A DNA stretch of 38,345 nt. Origin: Octopus sinensis. Taxonomy: Eukaryota. Location: the NCBI RefSeq assembly GCF_006345805.1, contig NW_021834870.1:1-38345 (forward strand). Direction: 5' to 3'. The notes beneath the pieces were generated by a model. It saw only the letters and a list, made by a program, of their open reading frames with translations, searched no databases and was not told the DNA's origin. Positions 9,195 to 21,900 of this stretch are shown in pieces (the stretch's first letter is position 1; each line of letters begins with the position of its first letter). The translations under genes were made by a program, and so were the position numbers.

Positions 9195-10536
9195 TACCAA
9201 GTCAAAGCCCTTTGTCAGATCAATGAAGGCCATATATAATGGCATGTTCTGCTCTCTGGACTTCTGAAGTTGGCGTATGGAGAATATCATGTCAATAGTT
9301 GATCTGCTTCTTCTAAAGCCACAGCGATTCTGGATAAATTCGAGAAGCAATGGACAGGATAATGCGAGCAGAGGCCTTTCCAACTGTGCTTAGAAGAGAT
9401 ATTCCACGGTAATTGTTACAATCATCACGGTCACTTCTATTTTTGTAAAGCGTAATGATGTTAGCATCCCGCATATTCTGAGGGACTGTACCCTCTTACC
9501 AGCACTGACACAGAAGCTCATGAATGTGCCGAAGCAGGATGGTGTTTTTGCCGGTTTTGATGATCTCTGAGGGGATGCCGTCTTTTCCCGGAGCCTTGTT
9601 ACTTGCTAGGGAGTCAATAGATTTGGTGAGCTCTGCTATAGATGGCAGACTGTCAAGTTCACACATGACTGGCAAGATCTTGACACCCTCGATTGCAGCC
9701 TCAGCTACCGTGGTCTCTCGTGAGTAGAGATCCTGGCAGTACTCCATCCATCTATCCATTTGCTTGCTTTGGTCCCTGATGAGATCTCCACTAGTTGATT
9801 TCAGAGGGGCTGAGGTATTTGCGGATGGACCGAGGGCCTTCTTCAAACCGGCATACATCCCACGGGTGTCGCCACTGTCAGCAGCTGACTGGATACTCTG
9901 ACAGATTTCCTTTCAATACCCATTGCATAGCGTCTGGCAGTGAGTTGGGTTTTATTTCTTGCCTTTCTGAGTTCTTCGTGTGACTTTGTAGAAGAATCAC
10001 TCTTGTTGCATCAGAGCTGTACGCTTTGCTTCGATAACTGGTTCCAGCTCTGAGAGCCCAGCACTGAACAAAATCTGGGTTTACCTTTCTCTCATTCCGA
10101 AAGTATCTATTGATGTGGTATACAAAGCTTCCCTGATATAATTCCACCTACTTTCAGCAGAGGAGGTTGGGCAGCTACTGAGGGCAACCTTGATAAAAAC
10201 AGCAAAACATTGTCGCAGTGTAGGGTTCGAGGTTCTGGCAGTGTTAATGTGTGGTTGGCTAATTTCTTGGAGTGATGGACTTTTTAGGCAGAATCCTCAC
10301 CCTTCTTATTAGTGAATGATCTGTGTCACAATCCGCGCTACGGGTCAGTTGAACAGAATTCAGAAAGGATCTTCGTGTAATGATGAGATCCAACTGATAA
10401 CAGTGGTGAGATATTGGATGTCTCCAAGATGCCTTGTGGGATGTCTTGTTGGGAAAGAATGTGTTGGTGATGCGCAGGTTATGGTATGTGCAAAATTCAA
10501 GTAGTCTCTGGCTATTGTCATTCATGTTGCCAATAC
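9195..10536 (-). pseudogene. RTE-clade (BovB-like) LINE ORF2 fragment: APE C-terminus to N-terminal RT
   Basis: Motifs NSQRLLEFC...ITNTFF...SWRHP...QLDLII...DTDHSLI (APE), NKAPGKDGIPSEIIK, and CGFRRSRSTIDMIFSIRQLQ...FIDLTKGFDLV (RT). Frameshifted; ends in the (TA)n tract. Confidence 0.92.
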
Positions 10537-10649
10537 TAAAACACATACACTTACAAATATACATACATATATATACGATTGATTTGTTTCAGTTCCTGTC
10601 CACGAAATCCATATATATGTGAGACACTGCGTAGAGCTTTTTAAAATTT

Positions 10650-10935
10650 TGATAAGCCTGGTACTTATTCTATCAGTTTCTTCTTGTGAAACCAGTATGT
10701 TATGGGGATGTAAATAAACGAACACCAGTTGTGAAGCAGTGATGAGGGAGAGAAACACAAAAGACACCACACACAGACTTACATACATACATAGATATAT
10801 ATACGATTGATTTCTTTCAGTTTCTGTCTACAAAATCCACTGACAAGGCTTTGGTTGGTCTCAGGCTATAGTAGAAGACACATGCCAAGTTACCACACAG
10901 TGGGGCTGAACTGAGAACCATGTGTTTTGGAACCA
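10650..10935 (-). mobile_element. Degraded SINE with an internal (TATG)n tract; a partial second copy at 10561-10611
   Basis: Minus strand has a B-box-like GGTTCTCAGTTCAGCCCCACTG, then CTTGGCATGTGTCTTCTACTATAGCC...GTGGATTTTGTAGACAGAAACTGAAAGAA. TATATATACGATTGATTT(G/C)TTTCAGTT occurs at both about 10568 and 10797. Family recognised from memory only. Confidence 0.6.
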
Positions 10936-11315
10936 TATGAATACTTATGCATAAATCTAAAATCTTAAATAATTTCTTTGTTATTGTAGTATATATCAGT
11001 AAAAAATGGAATATTCCCAAAATTGCATGATTAACTTAAATGATTTTCATTTCTTATTTAAACGTGGTAATTCTCTTGAAAAAAAAATCATTGTGAACCC
11101 GATAGGATGTGGGTAGTAATAAAATCAGGAGGTTGTTATATGATGACACGTATTTATTGATACCCAGAACTTTCACCACGTGAGTTTTTTCAGTGAAATA
11201 TTGTTGTTGTGTTAAAACCGTTTTAATTGTCCTGTTAAAAAATTGTTTGAACTGTTGCTGGTTTTGAACCAGGAAAACTTGTTTTCCCCTCCACACGGAG
11301 GGGAACTGCTGTAAA

Positions 11316-12977
11316 TTGAAACACACACACAGTCCACGGAGAAATGAACAAAAATACTGTTCAAAAATGCCAAAAAATGATGAAGTAGTAGGTTTGCCTA
11401 CACAAAAGAATGTGAGAGTTGTTGAGGAAACAAAAATTGCGGAAGGTGCGACTTCCAAGGAAGCTGTGAAAACAGCAAAAGCGAATGAAGGTTCGCCGAT
11501 TAAAAAAGCTACGAAAACGGCTAAAGTTGCGGAAGGTGTGACTTCCGATGAGGCTGTGAAAGCAGCAAAAGTGAATGAAGGTTTGCCGGTTAAAACGGCT
11601 AAAGTCGCGGAAGGTGTGACTTCCAATGAAACTGTGAAAACAGCAAATGTACCAAGTGAAAAAACCAAGATGTTTAACTTCGCTGCCGCTGCTGGTAGGA
11701 AGAACAGAGGAAATAAAGATGGAGGAGGTGGAGTACGAAAAGTTAAAAAAAAATGTTTAAAAAAAGAGGGAAATAACGCGATAGCTGCCCTCCCACAAAC
11801 AATTAAAGAGGAAACCGAGAAAAGGACAATAATTTATAAATCCTATGTAATAAAAGAGAAGAGAAATTGAAAGAATAACCAAGACCAGGCGGAGAAATGC
11901 CTTAAACTAGTGTGGAGTGATATGGATTACGTGACGTGGGGGAGAAGAAAGTTCGCAACAATAGAGGTGCACTTCAGAGATAGAAGAAACGGCAAAAAAC
12001 ACTCCCTAACACCAATAAAGACGGAGGAGAAATAATTTATTACCTCGTATTTAGGAAGGAGAACCTCAAAAATCAGAGTGGAGGACGTGCCGCCACAGGT
12101 CGACGTGAGGTGGTTGCTTCCAGCACTGTTAATGGGGCTGGAAGAAAAAATAACAGTAATAAACATCAGAAGAGTAATAAAGGAAAATTGGAGAGGACAA
12201 GCATTGCACGTGGTGGTGCAAGCGACCCCGGAGGCAATGGAGGAAGTTCCAGAAGGAATTCAATTCGGGGAAGAAATTAACTTGCGGGTGGTGGTGGAGG
12301 GGCGAAAGCCACGTTGCTACGGATGTGGCGAGATAGGTCACATCCGTATGGAATGCCCCACCAGCAAGAAAGAGGAAGAAAGGAAAAAGACAGAAGAGGA
12401 GGCGGAGAAAAAAAAAACGGAGGAAGAGGACGACTTCACAACGGTGAGGCGGAAGAAAACGCCAAATAGAAAGAACGCGGACACAGGCCCAACCAACCCG
12501 GGCACAATCAAAAAGAAATCCAACTCTCAGGGGGGAAAACCATCCCCACCCAACCACGGTTCCCCACAAAAACAGAAGCCCCCACCCAATCCACCCCCAC
12601 CCCTCAGTGCCGAGCATTACCCCTCCATTTCAACCCCCTCCTCGTGCTCCTCCCCATCATACTCCCCGGAGTCCTCCCCACCACCCCCACAAAGCCCACA
12701 AAAAAGCAGATTTACAGAAGCCCAAATAGTGTATGCGGCAATAGACAAACATAATGACCGACTTAAAAGTGGAATGGGAAATATCCCAGACGCAGTAAGG
12801 GTGAAAACCCACAGAAATCTACAAAAAAATGTAGAAATTTATAAATTGGACTTACGGAACTTTAACATGTTAAATGCACAGTTCGCAGGGGACATAAAGG
12901 GCCCGCGACTCGAAGTGGACGAGTCACTGATTAATGCGGACTTCCCCGCCACGACCACCAAAGGAAAAACGGAATAA
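11316..12977 (+). pseudogene. LINE ORF1 (gag-like nucleic-acid-binding protein), interrupted
   Basis: ORFs 11316-11870 and 12078-12977 are the same frame, separated by stops at 11868-70 and 12033-35. First in-frame ATG at 11367. CX2CX4HX4C knuckle CYGCGEIGHIRMEC at 12315-12356, then Lys/Glu-rich and Pro-rich regions. Confidence 0.85.
11433..11650 (+). repeat. In-frame coding tandem repeat in ORF1 N-terminus (90, 78 and about 50 bp)
   Basis: K(I/V)AEG(A/V)TS.E.VK.AK.NEG units start at 11433, 11523, 11601. Confidence 0.9.
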
Positions 12978-12985
12978 GGTAAGTA

Positions 12986-15958
12986 ATGTCTCATATTCGT
13001 GTAGGGTGTTTGAATGTGCGTGGCCTGATGCAGAGCTGGAAGCAAGGGCGCTTCCTAAATGACATCAGGTCACGGGATTTAGATGTTGTCGTTGCCACAG
13101 AACCCGGTAAAGGGGCCAAGAGATCTGCTCCCGCTGTTCGGCGGTTACGAGAGTGTCATCTCTCCGAACCCGTCGGTCGGCGGAAGCGGGGTGTTGGTCC
13201 TGTGTAAAAAGAACCGGGTTTCTGAGAAAAAGTTGATTTTTACGGATCCGGAAGGTAGGCTGGTCGTCGTTGAGTTGACGTTCAGTAGCCGTAGACAATC
13301 AGGCTGGTTGCGTTTTACGCTCCCCCGGTAAGGGGAAAAGTGATTATTATCGGAACCTGGAGAAGTTTCTGAGTACATCGTGCCCAGTAGTAGTATGTTG
13401 AGGGGACCTCAACACAATCTGCGACGTGCGGGTAGACTGTGAGGGCTCGCGAACAGACAGAAAAGGAAATACTTGCTTCCTGGATCTACTAAGACGTTTT
13501 GAGCTGGTAGATCCATATAGACTGGAACATCCGGGCGCTCCACTGTGGACGTGGTCAAATAGCGACGGATCGGTAAAGTCATACATAGACAGGATATTAA
13601 TTAGGAAGGTAGATAAGAACCTAGTTAAGAGTCCACAACTTCATATAGTCAGCTACAGCGACCACAAGATGGTCACCTGTAGGCTAGACGTAGATAAGAT
13701 AACTAGAGGTCCTGGTTACTGGAAACTTAATACGTCCCTTTTGGCGATTAAGGAGTACAGGGACAGGATTAGGTTAATAATCCAGAGGGCCATGACCGGC
13801 TCCATTTGTAACAACAAATGGTGGTATGCCTTAAGCGAGCCATAAAATATGAGTCCGTTAGATATAGTACTAATCTTGCAGCTAGAGAGGCTAGAAAGGT
13901 AACTACACTAGTTAAGGACTTAGAGGAAGCAATGCGAACTGGCAATGCAGACCAGGTGAAGGTCAAGAGACTGGTTCTTAACCAGCACCTCGAAGCCAAA
14001 CACATGGTTGCATGTCAGGGCTAGACAACGTACGATGGGGAGCGAAGGAATCAAGGCTGCAGGATGGGCCCGAGTGGTGGAAGCCCAACGTGGCAACGAT
14101 GCTACAATTCGATCTCTGGCGAACCAACAAGGTAAGTTGACAGATGAGCCCGAGGAGATGTGTCAAGCTTTTCAGGACCACTTCGCCCAGCTTTTCGGGG
14201 GGAGCGGCGGACCGGATAGGGGGAGGGACCTTACGGACCTCCTCGACGGACTGCCGCGCCTCTCGGGGCAGGATGCGAGGTGTAGTGAGGAGCCGATCAC
14301 ACCTGAGGAGGTAATAGAGGCCATGGCGGACTGCGGTGCGGGTAAGGCGCGGGACTGGATGATGTCTACCCTACGAGCTTTATAAAAGTATGCCGGACTT
14401 GTTCGGGGACTTACTGACGGGCATCTACGCAAACTGGCAGCAGAATGGGTTTATCCCCAGATCTGTGCGCCGGGGAGTGGTGACGCTAGTCAGGAAGGAC
14501 CAGAGCAAGGGGGACGTAATAGATAATTTTAGGCCCATCACTCTGCTTAACGCAGAGCTGAAGATTTTGGCCAAAGTGTTATCGAACAGATTGGCGCGTG
14601 TCGCGAATGGACTGATTGGGAAAGCGCAAACGTGCGCCGTACCGGGCAGAGCCATTCAGGATAATCTCCATCTTATTAGATACACGATAGAGGGAATAAA
14701 TAACGATTCCGGCAAGGGAGGGGCAGTGGTCCATTTAGACCAGTCTAAGCGTTCGATAGGGTCGACCATCACTACCTGGTGTCCGTTCTGGCTCAGTTCG
14801 GCCTAGGTCTTGGCTTCCTCAGGTGGATCATCGAAATGTATGACAATGCCGACTCGGTAGTTCAGGTGAACGGCTTTCTTTCTAAGCCGTTCAAGGTCAA
14901 ACGCTCGGTTCGCCAGGGATGTCCGCTCTCCCCGCTTTTGTATGTAGTGGCCCTGGAGCCGCTGCTGCGAAGACTGAGCGGCATCCCGAGGCAACCAGGA
15001 CGTGATATGTCGGTTTCGGCGTACGCGGATGACATCACTATCATCGTGACTGAAGTGGACCACCTACGTAAGGTAGGCAAGGCCATAGAGGTTTACGAGA
15101 CGGTGACAGGAGCAAAAGTTAATCGTGAAAAGTCGGTCGGCTTGCAACTCGGCACCTGGAGAGGCAAGTCGATGCCTCCAGACAGCGTCGTGGGACGTTG
15201 GACGGAGGGCCCGATTAAGTTGCTCGGGGTTTGGTTCGGTCCGGACCTCCAAATAGAGAAGACTGGAGCGAGGTATCGAGCAAGGTGGCTGCAATAGTCA
15301 AGACTTGGTCTTGCGGGTGGTTATCCTTGAAAGGTAGGGCGGAGGTGGCCAATGTGTTTATAGCATCGGTAATCACCTACCGCCTTGCCGTCGTGCCTTG
15401 CCCGGATTCGTGGTTGATCAAGTTGGAGAGACAGCTCTTTCGCTTCTTGTGGAAGGGCTCGAACCCACTTGTGAGACGCTCTGTCTGCTGTCAAAAACCG
15501 TTACAGGGTGGACTAGGGATGCCGTGGCTAATGATGCGCAGAAATGCGCTGAGGCTAAGGCACTGGCGCCTCTGGTAGTGAACGGGTGTGGTCTCCGCTG
15601 GCGAAACAGATGTTCCCCAGGTTCACCAGTTTCGGTGGCCGGGAGGACTGGTATAATCGCAGATCGAAGTTGGGTACGTGGTATACGGAGTGTCGCAAGG
15701 CACTCCGACTATTCCGTCGCTCGGGTAATGCCTGCGGCAGTGGTTCTACCGCTGTGTTCTATAGAGGATTTGTAGAGGCCGGTAACGATGACACGCTGGG
15801 GGAAGCCCTAGGTTTCGACGATAATCAGCTGGCCAGTCTGTTCCAACGTACATTCGGGCCGAAGACACTGGATAATTTCCAGAAGTCTTTGGCTTGGCAG
15901 TGCTACCGAGGAGCCTTACCTGTTCGGGACAAGCTTGCAAGGCACGGTTGCCAAGTCA
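12986..15958 (+). pseudogene. LINE ORF2 (APE endonuclease - reverse transcriptase - partial zf-RVT), multiply frameshifted
   Basis: LNVRGL, GDLN (about 13403), SDHK (13657), FRPITLLNAELKILAKVL, QGCPLSP (14914), YADD (15022-15033), KLLGVWFG, LAWQCYRGALPVRDKL. About nine frame changes; the CxxC...HxxxxC of zf-RVT is missing. Confidence 0.93.
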
Positions 15959-18900
15959 GCTATGCAGACAGAACGAACACACATACACAGAGCGTGGTTG
16001 ATGCTATGTCTACGGAACGAACACACGTACACAGACACATTGATGTTTATGCTATGCAGACGGAACGAACACACATACACAGAGCGTGGTTGATGCTATG
16101 TCTACGGAACGAACACACATACACAGACATATTGATGTTTATGCTATGCAGACAGAACGAACACACATACACAGAGCGGGTGGATGCTATGTCTCCGGAA
16201 CGACACACGTACACAGACAGATTGATGTTTATGCTATGCAGACAGAACGACACACATACACAGCGTGGTTGATGCTATGTCTACGGAACGAACACACGTA
16301 CACAGACACATTGATGTTTATGCTATGCAGACGGAACGAACACACATACACAGCGTGGTTGATGCTATGTCTACGGAACGCAACAACGTACACAGACAGA
16401 TTGATGTTATGCTATGCAGACAGAACGAACACACATACAGAGCGTGGTTGATGCTATGTCTCCGGAACGAACACACGTACACAGACAGATTGATGTTTAT
16501 GCTATGCAGACAGAACGAACACACGTACACAGAGCGTGGTTGATGCTATGCAGACGGAACGAACACACGTACACAGACATATTGATGTTTATGCTATGCA
16601 GACAGAACGAACACACGTACACAGAGCGTGGTTGATGCTATGTCTACGGAACGAACACACGTACACAGACAGATTGATGTTTATGCTATGCCAGACAGGA
16701 CGAACACACATACACAGAGCGTGGTTGATGCTATGCAGACGGAACGAACACACGTACACAGACATATTGATGTTTATGCTATGCAGACAGAACGAACACA
16801 CGTACACAGAGCGTGGTGTGATGCTATGTCTACGGAACGAACACACGTACACGACAGATGATTTTATGCTATTCAGACGGAACGAACACACATACACAGA
16901 GCGTGGTGATGCTATGTCTACGGAACGAACACACGTACACAGACAGATTGATGTTTAGCTATTCAGACGGAACGAACACACATACACAGAGCGTGTTTGA
17001 TGCTATGTCTACGGAACGAACACACGTACACAGACAGATTGATGTTTACGCTATGCAGACAGAACGAACACACACGTACACAGAGCGTGGTTGATGCTAT
17101 GTCTACGGAACGAACACACGTACACAGACAGATTGATGTTTATGCTATGCAGACAGAACGAACACACGTACACAGAGCGTGGTTGATGCTATGTCTCGGA
17201 ACGAACACACCGTACACAGACAGATTGATGTTTATGCTATGCAGACAGAACGAACACCATACACAGAGCGTGGTTGATGCTATGCAGACGGAACGAACAC
17301 ACGTACACAGACATATTTATGTTTATGCTATGTAGACAGAACGAACACACACACACAGAGCTTGGTTGATGCTATGTCTACGGAACGAACACACCGTACA
17401 CACAGACAGATTGATGTTTATGCTATGCAGACAGAACGAACACACATACACAGAGCGTGGTTGATGCTATGCAGACGGAACGAACACACGTACACAGACA
17501 TATTGATGTTTATGCTATGTAGACAGAACGAACACACATACACAGAGCTTGGTTGATGCTATGTCTACGGAACGAACACACGTACACAGACAGATTGATG
17601 TTTATGCTATGCAGACAGAACGAACACACATACACAGAGCGTGGTTGATGCTATGTCTACGGAACGAACACACGTACACAGACAGATTGATGTTTATGTG
17701 CTATGCAGACAAACGAACACACATACACAGAGCGTGGTTGATGCTATGTCTACGGAACGAACACACGTACACAGACAGATTGATGTTTATGCTATGCAGA
17801 CAGAAAGAACACACATACACAGAGCGTGGTTGATGCTATGTCTACGGAACGACACACGTACACAGACAGATTGATGTTTATGCTATGTAGACAGAACGAA
17901 CACACATACACAGAGCGTGGTTGATGCTATGTCTACGGAACGAACACACGTACACAGACAGATTGATGTTTATGCTATGCAGACAGAACGAACACACATC
18001 ACAGAGCGTGGTTGATGCTATGTCTACGGAACGAACACACGTACACAGACAGATTGATGTTTATGCTATGTAGACAGAACGAACACACATACACAAGCGT
18101 GGTTGATGCTATGTCTACGGAACGAACACACGTACACAGACAGATTGATGTTTATGCTATGCAGACAGAAAAACACACATACACAGAGCGTGGTTGATGC
18201 TATGTCTACGAACGAACACACGTACACAGACAGATTGATGTTATATGCTATGCATACAGAACGAACACACATACACAGAGCGAGGTTGATGCTATGTCTA
18301 CGGACGACGAACACACGTACACAGACAGATTGATGTTTATGCTATGCAGACGGAACGAACACACATACACAGAGCGTGGTTGATGCTATGTCTACGGAAC
18401 GAACACACGTACACAGACAGATTGATGTTTATGCTATTCAGACAGAACGAACACACATACACAGAACGTGGTTGATGCTATGTCTACGGAACGAACACAC
18501 GTACACAGACAGATTGATGTTTATGCTCTGCAGACAGAACGAACACACATACACAGAACGTGGTTGATGCTATGTCTACGAACGAACACACGTACAGACA
18601 GATTGATGTTTATGCTATTCAGACAGAACGAACACACATACACAGACGTGGTTGATGCTATGTCTACGGACGAACACACGTACACACAGACAGATTGATG
18701 TTTATGCTCTGCAGACAGAACGAACACACATACACAGAACGTGGTTGATGCTATGTCTACGGAACGAACACACGTACACAGACAGATTGATGTTTATGCT
18801 CTGCAGACAGAACGAACACACATACACAGAACGTGGTTGATGCTATGTCTACGGAACGAACACACGTACACAGACAGATTGATGTTTATGCTATGCAGAC

Positions 18901-21900
18901 AGAACGAACACACATACACAGAACGTGGTTGATGCTATGTCTACGGAACGAACACACGTACACAGACAGATTGATGTTTATGCTCTGCAGACAGAACGAA
19001 CACACATACACAGAGCGTGGTTGATGCTATGTCTACGGAACGAACACACGTACACAGACAGATTGATGTTTATGCTATGCAGACAGAACGAACACACATA
19101 CACAGAGCGAGGTTGATGCTATGTCTACGGAACGAACACACGTACACAGACAGATTGATGTTTATGCTATGCAGACAGGACGAACACACATACACAGAGC
19201 GTGGTTGATGCTATGTCTACGGAACGAACACACGTACACAGACAGATTGATGTTTATGCTATGAAGACAGAACGAACACACATACACAGAGCGTGGTTGA
19301 TGCTATGTCTACGGAGCGAACACACGTACACAGACAGATTGATGTTTATGCTATGCAGACAGAACGAACACACATACACAGAGCGAGGTTGATGCTATGT
19401 CTACGGAACGAACACACGTACACAGACAGATTGATGTTTATGCTATGCAGACAGAACGAACACACATACACAGAGCGTGGTTGATGCTATGTAGACGGAA
19501 CGAACACACGTACACAGACAGATTGATGTTTATGCTATGCAAACAGAACGAACACACATACACAGAGCGTGGTTGATGCTATGTCTACGGAACGAACACA
19601 CGTACACAGACAGATTGATGTTTATGCTATGCAAACAGAACGAACACACATACACAGAGCGTGGTTGATGCTATGTCTACGGAACGAACACACGTACACA
19701 GACAGATTGATGTTTATGCTATGCAGACAGAACGAACACACATACACAGAGCGTGGTTGATGCTATGTCTACGAACGAACACACGTACACAGACAGATTG
19801 ATGTTTATGCTATTCAGACAGAACGACACACATACACAGAGCGTGGTTGATGCTATGTCTACGGAACGAACACACGTACACAGACAGATTGATGTTTATG
19901 CTATGCAGACAGAACGAACAAACATACACAGAGCGTGGTTTTGCTATGTCTACGGAACGCAACACACGTACACAGACAGATTGATGTTTATGCTATGCAG
20001 ACAGAACGAACACACATACACAGAGCGTGGTTGATGCTATGTCTACGGAACGAACACACGTACACAGACAGATTGATGTTTATGCTATGCAGACAGAACG
20101 AACACACATAACCGAGCGTGGTTGATGCTATGTCTACGGAACGAACACACGTACACAGACAGATTGATGTTAATGCTATGCAGACAGAACGAACACACAT
20201 ACACAAAGCGGGTTGATGCTATGTCTACGGAACGAACACACGTACACAGACAGATTGATGTTTATGCTATGAAGACAGAACGAACACACATACACAGAGC
20301 GTGGTTGATGCTATGTCTACGGAACGAAGACACGTACACAGACAGATTGATGTTTATGCTATGCAGACAGGACGAACACACATACACAGAGCGTGGTTGA
20401 TGCTATGTCTACGGAACGAACACACGTACAGAGACAGATTGATGTTTATGCTATGCAGACAGAACGAACACACATACACAGAGCGTGGTTGATGCTATGT
20501 CTACGGAACGAACACACGTACACAGACATATTGATGTTTATGCTATGCAGACAGAACAAACACACATACACAGAGCGAGGTTGATGCTATGTCTACGGAA
20601 CGAACACACGTACACAGACAGATTGATGTTTATGCTATGTAGACGGAACGAACACACATACACAGAGCGTGGTTGATGCTATGTCTACGGAACGAACACA
20701 CGTACACAGACAGATTGACGTTCATTCTATGCAGACAGAACGAACACACATACACAGAGCGTGGTTGATGCTATGTCTACGGAACGAACACACGCACACA
20801 GACAGATTGAAGTTTATGCTATGTAGACAGAACGAACACACATACACAGAGCGAGGTTGATGCTATGTCTACGGAACGAACACACGTACACAGACAGATT
20901 GAAGTTTATGCTATGCGACAGAACGAACCACATACACAGAGCGAGGTTGATGCTATGTCTACGGAACGAACACACGTACACAGACAGATTGATGTTTATG
21001 CTATGCAGACAGAACGAACACACATACACAGAGCGTGGTTGATGCTATGTCTACGGGACGAACACACGTACACAGACAGATTGATGTTTATGCTATGCAG
21101 ACAGAACGAACACAACACACAGAGCGAGGTTGATGCTATGTCTACGGAACGAACACACGTACACAGACAGATTGATGTTTATGCTATGTAGACAGAACGA
21201 ACACACATACACAGAGCGAGGTTGATGCTAGTCTACGGAACGAACACACGTACACAGACAGATTGATGTTTATGCTATGCAGACAGAACGAACACACATA
21301 CACAGAGCGAGGTTGATGCTATGTCTACGGAACGAACACACGTACACAGACAGATTGATGTTTATGCTATGCAGACTGAACGAACACACATACACAGAGC
21401 GTGGTTGATGCTATGTCTACGAACGAACACACGTACACAGACAGATTGATGTTTATGCTATGCAGACAGAACGAACACACATACACAGAGCGTGGTTGAT
21501 GCTATGTCTACGGAACGAACACACGTACACAGACAGATTGATGTTTATGCTATGCAGACAGAACGAACACACATACACAAGCGTGGTTGATGCTATGTAG
21601 ACGGAACGAACACACGTACACAGACAGATTGATTTTATGCTATGCAGACAGAACGAACACACATACACAGAGCGTGGTTGATGCTATGTAGACGGAACGA
21701 ACACACGTACACAGACAGATTGATGTTTATGCTATGCAGACAGAACGAACACACATACACAGAGCGTGGTTGATGCTATGTCTCCGGAACGAACACACGT
21801 ACACAGACAGATTGATGTTTATGCTATGCAGACGGAACGAACACACATACACAGAGCGTGGTTGATGCTATGTCGACGGAACGAACACACGTACACAGAC

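Larger units (their letters stand above)
11250..15958 (+). mobile_element. Tx1-clade (L1 superfamily) non-LTR retrotransposon, near full-length 5', truncated 3'
   Basis: Two-ORF layout: gag-like ORF1 with CCHC knuckle; ORF2 APE-RT-zf-RVT. No 3' UTR or poly-A. The 5' boundary is uncertain (somewhere in 11040-11316). Confidence 0.9.

Noticed and set aside
11109-11125. TGTGGGTAGTAA match to the SINE tail, as evidence of an upstream tandem element
   Set aside because: Only 12 nt, with no extension of similarity on either side.
11054-12617. Minus-strand ORFs (204 and 162 aa) as an antisense gene
   Set aside because: Shadows of purine-rich repetitive ORF1 coding sequence; no motif support.
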